A stretch of 64,000 bases of DNA, from NCBI GenBank assembly GCA_965116885.1, contig OZ220741.1, positions 4,704,001 to 4,768,000 of the forward strand, written 5' to 3'. The notes below the pieces were generated by a model that worked only from the letters and a program-made list of their open reading frames with translations, had not been told where the DNA came from and searched no databases. Both the position numbers and the translations under genes were made by a program. This document shows positions 19,114 to 28,594 of this stretch, piece by piece. Source of the DNA: Candidatus Latescibacterota bacterium. Its GTDB lineage: Bacteria > Latescibacterota > UBA2968. Position 1 is the first letter of the stretch. Each line of letters starts with the position of its first letter.

Positions 19114-22100
19114 GGCCTGTCATTCCTCAGTACACGCTCAAACCACTCGGGCGTCACATACCGCGTGTGAAACCGCTGCCAGTCCTCTGCATTGCGCCTA
19201 AACACCGGATCATCTTCAAGTGTTTCAGGCGCGCGATCATAAGACAAAACACCATGCGCCGGCAAGGGCAACACCGTCGTCGAAAAAGCCGTATTGTAAT
19301 CGCCATCCTTAACCCATCCATCGCCTTTCAAAACAAAATCCCGCACTTGCTCTCCAGGATCGGGCAAAGCCTCAAATTGCAATTGGATTTCATCTCCCGC
19401 ATTCACAATCACATATCGGTCATCGACCTGTGCCAGCAATGACTTCACATCTCCATATCGCGTGTAATATCCCACGAGATCTCGCCACATTTGCGAAGTC
19501 CCGCCAAGCGCGTGATAATCCGGCACCTCGGGCGAACTCGCATCTGCCTCCGCCACCTGCGAAAACCCGCGATAACGCAACTGCGCGCGATCCAAAGGCA
19601 CAGATTGAACCGTCATCACACTGTCTTCAAGCGGCACGGCCCACGCCAACCGGTCCCAATAAATCTCCAAATTGGTCTGCAATCTAAATTTTCGGGGAAT
19701 ATCTCGCGGAAAAACACCAGTCAGATCGATCAACACCGTCTTGCGCTTTCCGGCTGGAAAACCCAGATCTGGATGCACGACGCGCCAATCAGTCCCATCA
19801 AATACATGCAAGGAAAGACCCTGAGGTGGCGGATGGCTACCCTGCCCCAGCGACACATTGATCGAACTATCCGTCGGACGAATCCATCCCTGACCAACCA
19901 GCCACAGAGAACCTTCTTTGGGTACCTCGTCTCCCACCACCACCTCCACATAGTGTTCTCGCGTCACCCCTTGATACGCGCCCCGTCCAAAAGTATCCAC
20001 ATACTGCCCATCTCGCACCCGCACCCTATCGGTCACATCGCGCCCCCGATCATCTTTCACAACAGCAAAGGATCGGGGCTGCGTAGTCGCGTAAATTTCG
20101 AGCGCTGGCGCACCCCGGGCAAAACGCTCATCCACAAAAATCGACGTCCCCTCGGGATGATCAACTGCGACGAGAGAAACCCAATCGACAAAATGCGTCT
20201 CCCAAAGTTCACCCGTAATCCGTATATCGTACACCTCATTTTGAGCAATTAGCTGATCGCCTCTGATCTTCACCCAATCTTCCGTCTGAGCAATACCCGC
20301 AACCACTTGCGCATTGATCCGCATCCCCAGAGGTGACCGCCACAGAAAATCCGTTACAAACCCCATCTCCGACCCATTGTACGCAAAAACCCAGGGACAC
20401 GACCCCTTCAACCGCTGTACGGCACGCACCACCTGATCCACCTCCAGATCGAACTCCACCTGGGGCATCCCATTGGGCCACACAATCCGCACGAGATCTG
20501 CCCCCGTATAAGTCCCCAACCCGAAATGCACCACCGGATCCGTCACCATCTGCTTCTGATAAAACGCGCCCGAACGCAACTCCACTTCTGCCCCCAAACC
20601 CAGGGCATTGATTCGCCCATCGCCAGAAGCCCTACCGCCCACGGGGCGAATCGCCTGCCAGTGATACGCCAAATCACCCCGATTCACCAGTTGTAGCGCC
20701 TCGCCTGCATCCGAAACACCCAGCAAATCGAGCCGACCATCGCCCGTCAAATCCGCCACACCAGTCACTCGCGCTTGCAGATCCAGAGCATGGTAAGCCT
20801 CTTCCGACGCCAGATAGGCGCGTTTGCCAAACACCAGATCCAGCGCACCATTATTATCCAGATCCGCTATGAGAAGCGGAGCAGGACCAGCGGTTGAATC
20901 ACCCTGAATCAGCGTGCGTATCTCCCCTTGCGACACAGCCATCACAGCGCCATCTCGATCTACAACCACCCGCTCTAAGCGCCCGTCTCGATCCAGATCT
21001 CCCGCGCCTATCGCAACCCCATTCACCGCCTTCTTCACCCCCGGCGTAAATACACCCGCCCGCTCGTTAACCGCCTCGATCAATTGCCCTTCTCGATCCA
21101 GCATCGCCGCATCGGGATCGCCATCTCCATCGCAATCTACCCACACAAATCCCCTCAGTCCATCTACATTACCGAAAAGTTCTCGCGCCACAAATGAACC
21201 ATCTCCATTGTTTTGCAACACGAGAGGCGGTCCCGTAGAACGTCCCAACACAAAATCGACATCCCCATCCATCTCTACATCCGCTCCCCACACACCGAAA
21301 TAATCTTCTTCGTCCAACCCGATGGAATCCGTCACATCCTCAACCCCGCCATCTTCAGTGCGCCGAAACAATCGAAAACCCTCTGCCCCCACCAGCGCCA
21401 GATCTAACGCAAAATCGTTATTCCAATCAACCGTCAGCATCCCATCCCCCCCCGACACATCTGAAAAATCGACCGCAATCCCCTCCACCCCCCGCACTTG
21501 AGAAGCACTCGCCGCAACCACCTCTACTTCTTCCGACCAAAAAGGCTTGAGCACCTGCCAATCACTTCCCTCCAAACCCGCAACGGATTCGGGTTCAAAA
21601 TACATGTTCAAATCCGCAGGCGCCGGCATAGCCTGGGGCATACTGAACTTCAAAAATTCAACCACGGGATCTCCCAGGCGTTCAGCCGGCACAATCAACG
21701 CATCCAGCGCACGTCGGTACATCGGATCGCGCAACAACACATTGTGCAAAAACATCGCTTGCAAAGCTACCTCACTCCCCCCGTCCGCCTCACCCTGCAA
21801 ACTGCGCAACTGCACCCGCGCTGCTTCCGACCAACTTTCCGCCCACTCGCCCAACTTCTCCACCGATGCGCGCAGAGCCTCTTCCTCATCCCGTTTGCCC
21901 GCCTGCCTCGCCCGCTCGACCCACAATGCGGGATTATCCGGCACCTGTCTGATCAATATCTCCAACTGTGCCCAGACCGCTTCCTCGCTTCCTGTTCCTC
22001 CCTGGCGCTCAACCTCCTTCATCAGCGCGTACTGCGCCTTCACAAGCCCCTGTTGCGCTGCTTCCTCAAAAAACGCGATAGCAGCGTCGGATTGTCCTCT

Positions 22101-22430
22101 ACTGCGCTCAACCAATCCCTGTAACATCGCGATATCGCCACTTTCGGGCATCAGCGAACGCGCTGTCTCCAGATCTTTTGCAGCCCCATCGTAATCCCCA
22201 CGCCGCAACCGCAACACCCCGCGATTTGCCCACGCAGCTGGCTCATCGGGTTCCATTGTGAGAGCACGGCTCAAACTGGCATCCGCCCGATCAAAAGCAC
22301 CCACCTCCAGCGCGAACACACCCGTATAGAACGCAGAGACATAATCCGCAGATGGCGTAGCCATCTCCTCCTGCCCACATCCAAAACTCAACACCATCAA
22401 CAACCCAATCGTGCGACGAATATCAAGCAT
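19110..22430 (-). CDS. Lipoprotein: TPR + FG-GAP propeller + ASPIC/UnbV + C-terminal 'GSCP' domain
   Basis: Lipobox LSFGC; TPRs; DxDxDG repeats; INALGLGAEVE...VHFGLG...IVWPNG; LKGSCPWVFAYNG followed by about 430 aa of unknown domain. Confidence 0.85.
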   Translation of the reverse strand: MLDIRRTIGLLMVLSFGCGQEEMATPSADYVSAFYTGVFALEVGAFDRADASLSRALTMEPDEPAAWANRGVLRLRRGDYDGAAKDLETARSLMPESGDIAMLQGLVERSRGQSDAAIAFFEEAAQQGLVKAQYALMKEVERQGGTGSEEAVWAQLEILIRQVPDNPALWVERARQAGKRDEEEALRASVEKLGEWAESWSEAARVQLRSLQGEADGGSEVALQAMFLHNVLLRDPMYRRALDALIVPAERLGDPVVEFLKFSMPQAMPAPADLNMYFEPESVAGLEGSDWQVLKPFWSEEVEVVAASASQVRGVEGIAVDFSDVSGGDGMLTVDWNNDFALDLALVGAEGFRLFRRTEDGGVEDVTDSIGLDEEDYFGVWGADVEMDGDVDFVLGRSTGPPLVLQNNGDGSFVARELFGNVDGLRGFVWVDCDGDGDPDAAMLDREGQLIEAVNERAGVFTPGVKKAVNGVAIGAGDLDRDGRLERVVVDRDGAVMAVSQGEIRTLIQGDSTAGPAPLLIADLDNNGALDLVFGKRAYLASEEAYHALDLQARVTGVADLTGDGRLDLLGVSDAGEALQLVNRGDLAYHWQAIRPVGGRASGDGRINALGLGAEVELRSGAFYQKQMVTDPVVHFGLGTYTGADLVRIVWPNGMPQVEFDLEVDQVVRAVQRLKGSCPWVFAYNGSEMGFVTDFLWRSPLGMRINAQVVAGIAQTEDWVKIRGDQLIAQNEVYDIRITGELWETHFVDWVSLVAVDHPEGTSIFVDERFARGAPALEIYATTQPRSFAVVKDDRGRDVTDRVRVRDGQYVDTFGRGAYQGVTREHYVEVVVGDEVPKEGSLWLVGQGWIRPTDSSINVSLGQGSHPPPQGLSLHVFDGTDWRVVHPDLGFPAGKRKTVLIDLTGVFPRDIPRKFRLQTNLEIYWDRLAWAVPLEDSVMTVQSVPLDRAQLRYRGFSQVAEADASSPEVPDYHALGGTSQMWRDLVGYYTRYGDVKSLLAQVDDRYVIVNAGDEIQLQFEALPDPGEQVRDFVLKGDGWVKDGDYNTAFSTTVLPLPAHGVLSYDRAPETLEDDPVFRRNAEDWQRFHTRYVTPEWFERVLRNDRP

Positions 22431-24411
22431 CGTGCTCCTTCCATCCCGGTATTGAAATATCCATCCGCCGCTCAGGCGCGTAGATCCTATTCCCCTTATA
22501 AGGCGTATCCTGCGTCAAAATATAAATAGCGCCCTCATGCACATACGTAATCTCATCCCTCGAATCTCCCACCACATCTTCCACAACCCCGCCCGCCCAA
22601 TCGAATGGCAAGCCCTCGCACACGGGTTTTATAACCTTGCGACACTCTGCATCGTAAAACCCGAATGATTCCGCACTGGTGCCGATAAACAACAACTCTT
22701 GTCCATCACCTCCCCAGTTCACAGCCGGACCTCCCTGGCTCGTGTTATCCGGCTCCATCCGGGACAGCGGATCTCCCTGCCCACTCACCAGATTCATAAT
22801 CCCATAAGTCCCCCACCGATCGCCCATCCACATCTCCAACCCCGGCAAATCGGGTCTAAAATTCCCCGCGTAAATCCCCTGCACATGCCCATAGCGGTGG
22901 TGTCGCAACAGTGTGCCATCTCGCGCATCCACCAGGAAAAATCCCGGATCGCTCCCCGCAATCCCGACCTCTGGCCCATTGCTCTCATCCCCATCCAATT
23001 CCCCAAAAGAGGCGTGGTCAATATGCCCTGCACCGCCAGAATCCTCGATGTACTCCGACCCCTCCATTGTCCAGAGATGATTTCCATCCCCATCGTACAG
23101 ATCATAACCGGGCAAAATTTCATCCCGCCCATCGCCATCCACATCGTAAAACCAGATATACATCCCGTACCACGCATTGTGCGCGTCCTGCCGCCAGCGC
23201 AAGTTCAAATTTTCGTCAAATGCCCAGATCGAATACCCTGTGCCCGCGCCATCCCCATCCCGCAAAATCAAATCTTGCGCCTTCTCCGTCTTTCTAATTT
23301 TACACGGCCAGATCACCCTGAGCGAATGCAAAACATCTCCCATGCTCGCATTCCTGTATCCCCGATACGGTCCCGTCCGCGGCAGTTCTGTTTCCGCCGT
23401 CACCTCACCCGACTTTCCGCTCACCAGCTTTAACCGATCATCCTCAATACCGATAAAATCTTCCACTCCATCCCCATCCAGATCGTGTACCACAGATCGT
23501 TGCAGCCCTTTTGCAGCGGGAAAAGTCCGATCGTATTGCACTTCTCCATCAAAATTCAGGCACACAACGCGCACGCCTTCATCCGTCTCCTTTTCCAACA
23601 CAATTTCCTTTTCCCCCGCCCCTCTAAAATCGCCGTATCGAACTCCACACGGCCAGAACTCGCCGATATCAATCCGCTTCCACAGCACGGGCTTCGGATA
23701 CTTCTCCGCCTCCTCCGCCACCTCTTTTTGATATGCATCCAACCGACTCACATACGCGGCATTACCAGATGCACTCGTTGTGACGCGCACCGCGCGCATG
23801 CGACTCCGCGTATTTGTACGCACGCCCACTTTCCCCGTCAGAAAGCGATCATCATACGCCACAAATGCCTGTTCGCCATTCACATAACACGCAAACCGCT
23901 CGCCCTCACACACCACCTTTAGCGTGTAATACTGTCCCCTATCAAATCCATTGGGCAGATCCGCAAGCATCGTCCATGCCTCGTCTTCTCTCCGATAGAG
24001 CACAAACCGGTCAAATCCCTCCATACAAAAATAATAATACCGCCTCAAATCCCGATACCGCACCATAACCCCCGACCGGGCGACAATCGCGTGGGGATCG
24101 TCATTGCCCGGCTGGGTATATGCATTCAACTGCCGCACCTGCGCTTCCACCGTGTAATCCCCCCACAGCGGCTCACCCGTCACCAGGCACCGATCCGATT
24201 TGGCAGTGTGCTCCAGCACCTCTGTGTCCCCATCTTTCACCACCCGATAGTTACTCAGCATATTCCACTTTGGAGGCGCGACCAGCGCATTTCCCCAGCC
24301 CTTGAAATATTGCTCCTCGATACTCTGATCCGGTTCTGTCTTATCCAGCACCGTCCCCAGCGGACATCCCGTCAGGTCAATCTCTGCCAGCAATTGTTCA
24401 TTGCTTGCCAT
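22423..24411 (-). CDS. ConA-like (DUF1080-like) domain fused to a PL11/YesW-like beta-propeller; no signal peptide
   Basis: WGDYTVEAQVR...SGVMVRY...CYVNGE...GKVG jelly-roll; then YDVDGDGRDEI, GHID, GHVQ...GNFRPDLPGLE, DVVGDSRDEI. Confidence 0.65.
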   Translation of the reverse strand: MASNEQLLAEIDLTGCPLGTVLDKTEPDQSIEEQYFKGWGNALVAPPKWNMLSNYRVVKDGDTEVLEHTAKSDRCLVTGEPLWGDYTVEAQVRQLNAYTQPGNDDPHAIVARSGVMVRYRDLRRYYYFCMEGFDRFVLYRREDEAWTMLADLPNGFDRGQYYTLKVVCEGERFACYVNGEQAFVAYDDRFLTGKVGVRTNTRSRMRAVRVTTSASGNAAYVSRLDAYQKEVAEEAEKYPKPVLWKRIDIGEFWPCGVRYGDFRGAGEKEIVLEKETDEGVRVVCLNFDGEVQYDRTFPAAKGLQRSVVHDLDGDGVEDFIGIEDDRLKLVSGKSGEVTAETELPRTGPYRGYRNASMGDVLHSLRVIWPCKIRKTEKAQDLILRDGDGAGTGYSIWAFDENLNLRWRQDAHNAWYGMYIWFYDVDGDGRDEILPGYDLYDGDGNHLWTMEGSEYIEDSGGAGHIDHASFGELDGDESNGPEVGIAGSDPGFFLVDARDGTLLRHHRYGHVQGIYAGNFRPDLPGLEMWMGDRWGTYGIMNLVSGQGDPLSRMEPDNTSQGGPAVNWGGDGQELLFIGTSAESFGFYDAECRKVIKPVCEGLPFDWAGGVVEDVVGDSRDEITYVHEGAIYILTQDTPYKGNRIYAPERRMDISIPGWKEHDA

Positions 24412-24484
24412 GTCTTCCTCCCGGTAAAAAATTGGAAATTACATCGACGCGGTGTCTCTTATCATACCATCAACAAAGCTGAAC

Positions 24485-26431
24485 TCAAAATACATGCACC
24501 ACATGCCCCTGTCCCGGAAACCAGACCATATCCACCACAAAAGACAGCGTTACTGCCAGGGCATATCCAACCAACAGACCGATAAAAAAAGGCTGCCACT
24601 GGCGGTACAACACCATCCCCCCTCCCTTCAGCAACAACCCCTTGATCGCCCAAACCAGAAAGGCCGAAAACGCCAGTTCTCGTGTAAAATTAGTGCCGGG
24701 AATGGTCAGCCCGATCGGGTGAAGCGGCCACCTCGGAAACCGATAACGCAAAAAACTCAACAGTCCCATCAGCGCGGCACCGATACCGAACAGCATCAGT
24801 CGAATACTATCCGTACCCTGTGGCGATTTCATCTTGGCAACTGCCGCATTAAAGGCTGCTTTGTTCCCACTTCGATAGGGCCACACATCAAAATGATAGG
24901 CTCCGTGGACATAAGCAAGGTGAAGCGTTAATACAAGCGACACCACGGCACTCAGCACCAGGCCAAATACCATAGCCCAGAGCAGAAGGCGTCGGTTGCC
25001 ACGCACAAAATCTGCCAGCCGTGCCCCGTGTACCAACCCGGGCATAAACAGTCCCCGATAGGAAATCAGCGCATAGGAAAATGCCAATGCCGTCATCGTC
25101 GCCCCCGACAGGGTACGCGTACCCAGAGTAGCCATCGTAAATGCCTGACCGCTCAACGGGGTGCGCACATAAATCAACCCTGTCTCCGCCACGATCTTGG
25201 CGACCCCCACATACGTCACCAGCGTTGCTAAAACACACAGAATAGCTGCACCATAGGCCATCCCCGCCGCGTGTAGCCACAACACCAGATAACCCAGTCC
25301 TATAAACATCCCCCATACCGCCGCCCGATAGCCCATCATCTCGTCCGAATCTCCGGCGTTCCGATCCCCTCTAAAAGCACTGCGGAATGCGGCGTAAAAG
25401 TGCCCCCGGGCCATCCACAACCCCCAGACCACAAATACGGTCAACGCCCCGAACCCCTCCCAGCCAGCCACCTCGTATGACGAACCCCAACTGTCGGAAT
25501 TCTTCAAACCAAATCCCAGTCGCCTTAAGATACCCACCTGGAATACATTCAACACATAAAAAAACCAGACGCTAAACAACACTTCCAGGTTGGCAAAATA
25601 CACAAACCCGATCGTAAACAGATTGAGCTTGATCCGGATTCCAGGGAAACTGCGGCCCAGTGGTAGCCATGTTCCAGACCGGTAACTGCCCGTGGGAAAT
25701 TTAGGTGCTCCAGGAGAAAAATACGACAGGATGTTCCAGGCGATCATCCCAAATCCCGTCACAGCACCCGACCAGAACAACCTTCCCCCAATCATCCGTA
25801 TCCCGTGTTTCGGTGCCGAGACCAGATCCACCGCCACATTTGCCAGCGGATAGACCAATCGCTCGTGATCCACCCACTGCCGCCGCAACAAAACCGCCAG
25901 ACAAATCGACACACACGCCGCTGCACCGATAAAACTCAACCACCAGAACAGTGGCAAAACCCACTCTCCCCACGGCACAGCCTGTCCGGGCGGTAATCCC
26001 TCAAAAAACCATGTCATCGCCCGCCCGTCTTCCGAGGGCGCCATCCACGGTCTGATGTGATTGTGCAGGTAAGGTGCCCACCCATTCTCCGGTGTCGCAA
26101 AATAAAATGGCGCCGCAAGAATCCCCAACAAATATCCCGGCAGTCCATCAGCCGCTGGAATCACCGCGCTGGCCAACCCCATCGTCAACGCCACCAGCAA
26201 ATCCGAACGCCCGAATGCCCACTCGGGTTTCCGCGCTTTGAGCACCGGATTCACAATCAGGGCACACAGTACAAAGGGCACAAATAGGGCCAGCGCAAAA
26301 TTGCTCATGTTCAACCGGGAGGCCCGCACAATAAACTCAGAATAGGTAGCCCAAACGCTCACCAGCACCACAAAAAACGATCCCAGTAATACCGCACGAA
26401 CCTTAAACCGATCGTCTCGCACCTGCCCCAT
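24485..26431 (-). CDS. DUF6785/DUF6784-type polytopic membrane protein (putative OPT-like transporter), paralog 1
   Basis: APFYFATPENGW, PLFWW, LRRQWVDHERLVYPL, RWPLHPIG, PFFIGL; many TM helices. Confidence 0.8.
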   Translation of the reverse strand: MGQVRDDRFKVRAVLLGSFFVVLVSVWATYSEFIVRASRLNMSNFALALFVPFVLCALIVNPVLKARKPEWAFGRSDLLVALTMGLASAVIPAADGLPGYLLGILAAPFYFATPENGWAPYLHNHIRPWMAPSEDGRAMTWFFEGLPPGQAVPWGEWVLPLFWWLSFIGAAACVSICLAVLLRRQWVDHERLVYPLANVAVDLVSAPKHGIRMIGGRLFWSGAVTGFGMIAWNILSYFSPGAPKFPTGSYRSGTWLPLGRSFPGIRIKLNLFTIGFVYFANLEVLFSVWFFYVLNVFQVGILRRLGFGLKNSDSWGSSYEVAGWEGFGALTVFVVWGLWMARGHFYAAFRSAFRGDRNAGDSDEMMGYRAAVWGMFIGLGYLVLWLHAAGMAYGAAILCVLATLVTYVGVAKIVAETGLIYVRTPLSGQAFTMATLGTRTLSGATMTALAFSYALISYRGLFMPGLVHGARLADFVRGNRRLLLWAMVFGLVLSAVVSLVLTLHLAYVHGAYHFDVWPYRSGNKAAFNAAVAKMKSPQGTDSIRLMLFGIGAALMGLLSFLRYRFPRWPLHPIGLTIPGTNFTRELAFSAFLVWAIKGLLLKGGGMVLYRQWQPFFIGLLVGYALAVTLSFVVDMVWFPGQGHVVHVF

Positions 26432-28561
26432 TTATTTTTCCTCAACGTCCCTCAACGCCTCAATCCGCCAGCCAAATTCCTTCTCCAGTTCTTTTGTCCA
26501 TGCCCGCTTTTGAAACGCAATCTGCCCCTCCCGATTGAGAAACCAGGTTGTGGGAAAGCCCTGAATACCCGCTTTATTCACATATCCGTCATCGAGAAGA
26601 ACCGGGAAAGTATAACCCTTTTTCTCCATCCACGGCGGTACCGAATCGGGATTGCGATCATTATTAATCGTCAAAATCGCCACATCAGGATCGTCCTTGT
26701 AATGCTCGTACAAATTCTGAAAATCCGGCATCTCTTTCACACATGGGCCACACCATATCCCCCAGAAATTGATCGCCACAACCTTGCCCTTCAAAGAAGT
26801 TAGCGATACTTGCTTACCCTTTAGAGTCTTCAAATTGAACGCAAGAGCGGGTTCTGGTGCCTCAATCCGAGAAGACAGAACCTCCTGCTTTCGCGTTTCT
26901 CGATCTGATGCTATTAAAGGTTTTAAATAATTTTCGTACCCATCCAAACTCCCGTGTCGCTTCAAATAGAGTGACTTTAGAGCCTGGTCATTGGGATTTT
27001 TACTCGACGATGGGATTGCTATACCCATTTTGTAAAATATTTCCGCCTGATCGAAATTGTCCATCGCCTCGTAAACCTGACCCAAATGGTAAATCGTCTC
27101 CATCTTCTTGGGATTCAGTTCATAAGCGCGCATCAATTCTCGCTCAGCATCTTCCAAACGCCCTTCCTGAAAAAACACCCAGCCGAGGGCATCGGCCATC
27201 AACCCGGTCATCCCTTTTATGGTCCGTTGATACTTTTCCTCTGAGTCGAAGTACTTCCTCTGGAATCTTTCCTTTACTGCCGCAAAACCATCCCGGGCAA
27301 TCTGTTCAGCCTCTCGATAATACGGCGTGCGTTCTGCCAGTATGATTGCACCCATTGGAAATGTAATGTGCAGATTGGCATTCTCATATTTAACCATACC
27401 CTGCACCACATCCAGAATTTCTTTCGCCGATATTGTAGAATCTTCTCCAATGGAAAAGAAAAGGTTCAGATACGCATATCCCAGCGACCTTTTATCGTAG
27501 TGTCGAGGCCGCGCGATAAATGCCCGCAACAGGTTCCGATACGTCTCCTCTTGCTCGGGATCCTGGAAACCCTCTTCACCAGCGGCATCCCGCATCGCAT
27601 CATAGCGATCCATCAACACCGCCTCTGCCTCCGCACTTTCGCCATGGCTGCTGAGGATGCGATCCCCGACCATTTTTGCCTTTTCTTTGGCTTCCAGCCT
27701 CATATAGACACTGTACAGTGTCAACAGAGAAGCCGCATCTTCCCCACTCGCGTTTATAAACGCATCGGCATCAGCCTCAATCTCTGCGATTTTCTCTGCT
27801 ATGGGCTTGTTTTTAAGTCGCTCAATCGCTCGCCAGAACTGCTGATGTACTTTTACATCTGTGGATGCCAATTGGGCTGCTTTCTGGTATAGCGGATAAG
27901 CTTCATCATAACGACCCACCAAATACAGATAATAAGCCGGTCGAAAATAGCCATTTGCATTGCCGGGATCGGCTTTGCGCACTTCTGCAAATGCCTTCAG
28001 GCAAGCCTCGAACCTTTCAGTGTTTTTTCCTCTCTCAGAAGTATAGTACAGGGCATTTCCCTTAACGACCAGAAGTCTGGCTGGATTCTCGACTCGCGTT
28101 TTATACTCATCCACAAAGGTAATCGCATTCTCTTTATTGCTTCCATACAGCACATCTGCTCTTGTATTGATGACATCCGCATGGTCAGGTAACATCTCCA
28201 AGGCTTTTTCACTGGCTAAAAGAGCCTCATCCCTGCGCTCTTTCCCGAGTCGATCAAGTGCGCTCGCAAGCGCGACCCAACCCCACGCGCTATTTTCATG
28301 AGACGCGACCATTTCTTCAGCGGCGACAACTGCTTCCTTTGTGTTCTCCGCAGCCATGTGATGGATAAACCATGCGCGCAGATGCAAATTATCCGGAAAC
28401 CGCTCAACCAGCTTTTTCCCCTCAACATATCCATCTTTAGCATTCCGTATCATTCGCAGAGATCTCAACCTCTCAATCGCCTCTTCTGCTGTATCTTGCC
28501 CTTGAATGGGAATGGGACACAAACAAAGAAACAGCAGATATAGGCCCCATCGATTCATCAT
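26432..28561 (-). CDS. Secreted TPR protein with C-terminal TlpA/redoxin thioredoxin domain
   Basis: Signal peptide; TPRs; KGKVVAINFWGIWCGPCVKEMP and GFPTT; start uncertain (28561 or 28594). Confidence 0.88.
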   Translation of the reverse strand: MMNRWGLYLLFLCLCPIPIQGQDTAEEAIERLRSLRMIRNAKDGYVEGKKLVERFPDNLHLRAWFIHHMAAENTKEAVVAAEEMVASHENSAWGWVALASALDRLGKERRDEALLASEKALEMLPDHADVINTRADVLYGSNKENAITFVDEYKTRVENPARLLVVKGNALYYTSERGKNTERFEACLKAFAEVRKADPGNANGYFRPAYYLYLVGRYDEAYPLYQKAAQLASTDVKVHQQFWRAIERLKNKPIAEKIAEIEADADAFINASGEDAASLLTLYSVYMRLEAKEKAKMVGDRILSSHGESAEAEAVLMDRYDAMRDAAGEEGFQDPEQEETYRNLLRAFIARPRHYDKRSLGYAYLNLFFSIGEDSTISAKEILDVVQGMVKYENANLHITFPMGAIILAERTPYYREAEQIARDGFAAVKERFQRKYFDSEEKYQRTIKGMTGLMADALGWVFFQEGRLEDAERELMRAYELNPKKMETIYHLGQVYEAMDNFDQAEIFYKMGIAIPSSSKNPNDQALKSLYLKRHGSLDGYENYLKPLIASDRETRKQEVLSSRIEAPEPALAFNLKTLKGKQVSLTSLKGKVVAINFWGIWCGPCVKEMPDFQNLYEHYKDDPDVAILTINNDRNPDSVPPWMEKKGYTFPVLLDDGYVNKAGIQGFPTTWFLNREGQIAFQKRAWTKELEKEFGWRIEALRDVEEK

Positions 28562-28594
28562 AATACACCTCCTGTGAAAGAGCATCCTTTTCAT

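Noticed and set aside
16410..22430. Enediyne biosynthetic cluster or Rnf/Nqr respiratory operon
   Set aside because: No PKS, thioesterase or other rnf/nqr subunits in the window, and the FMN attachment motif is absent.
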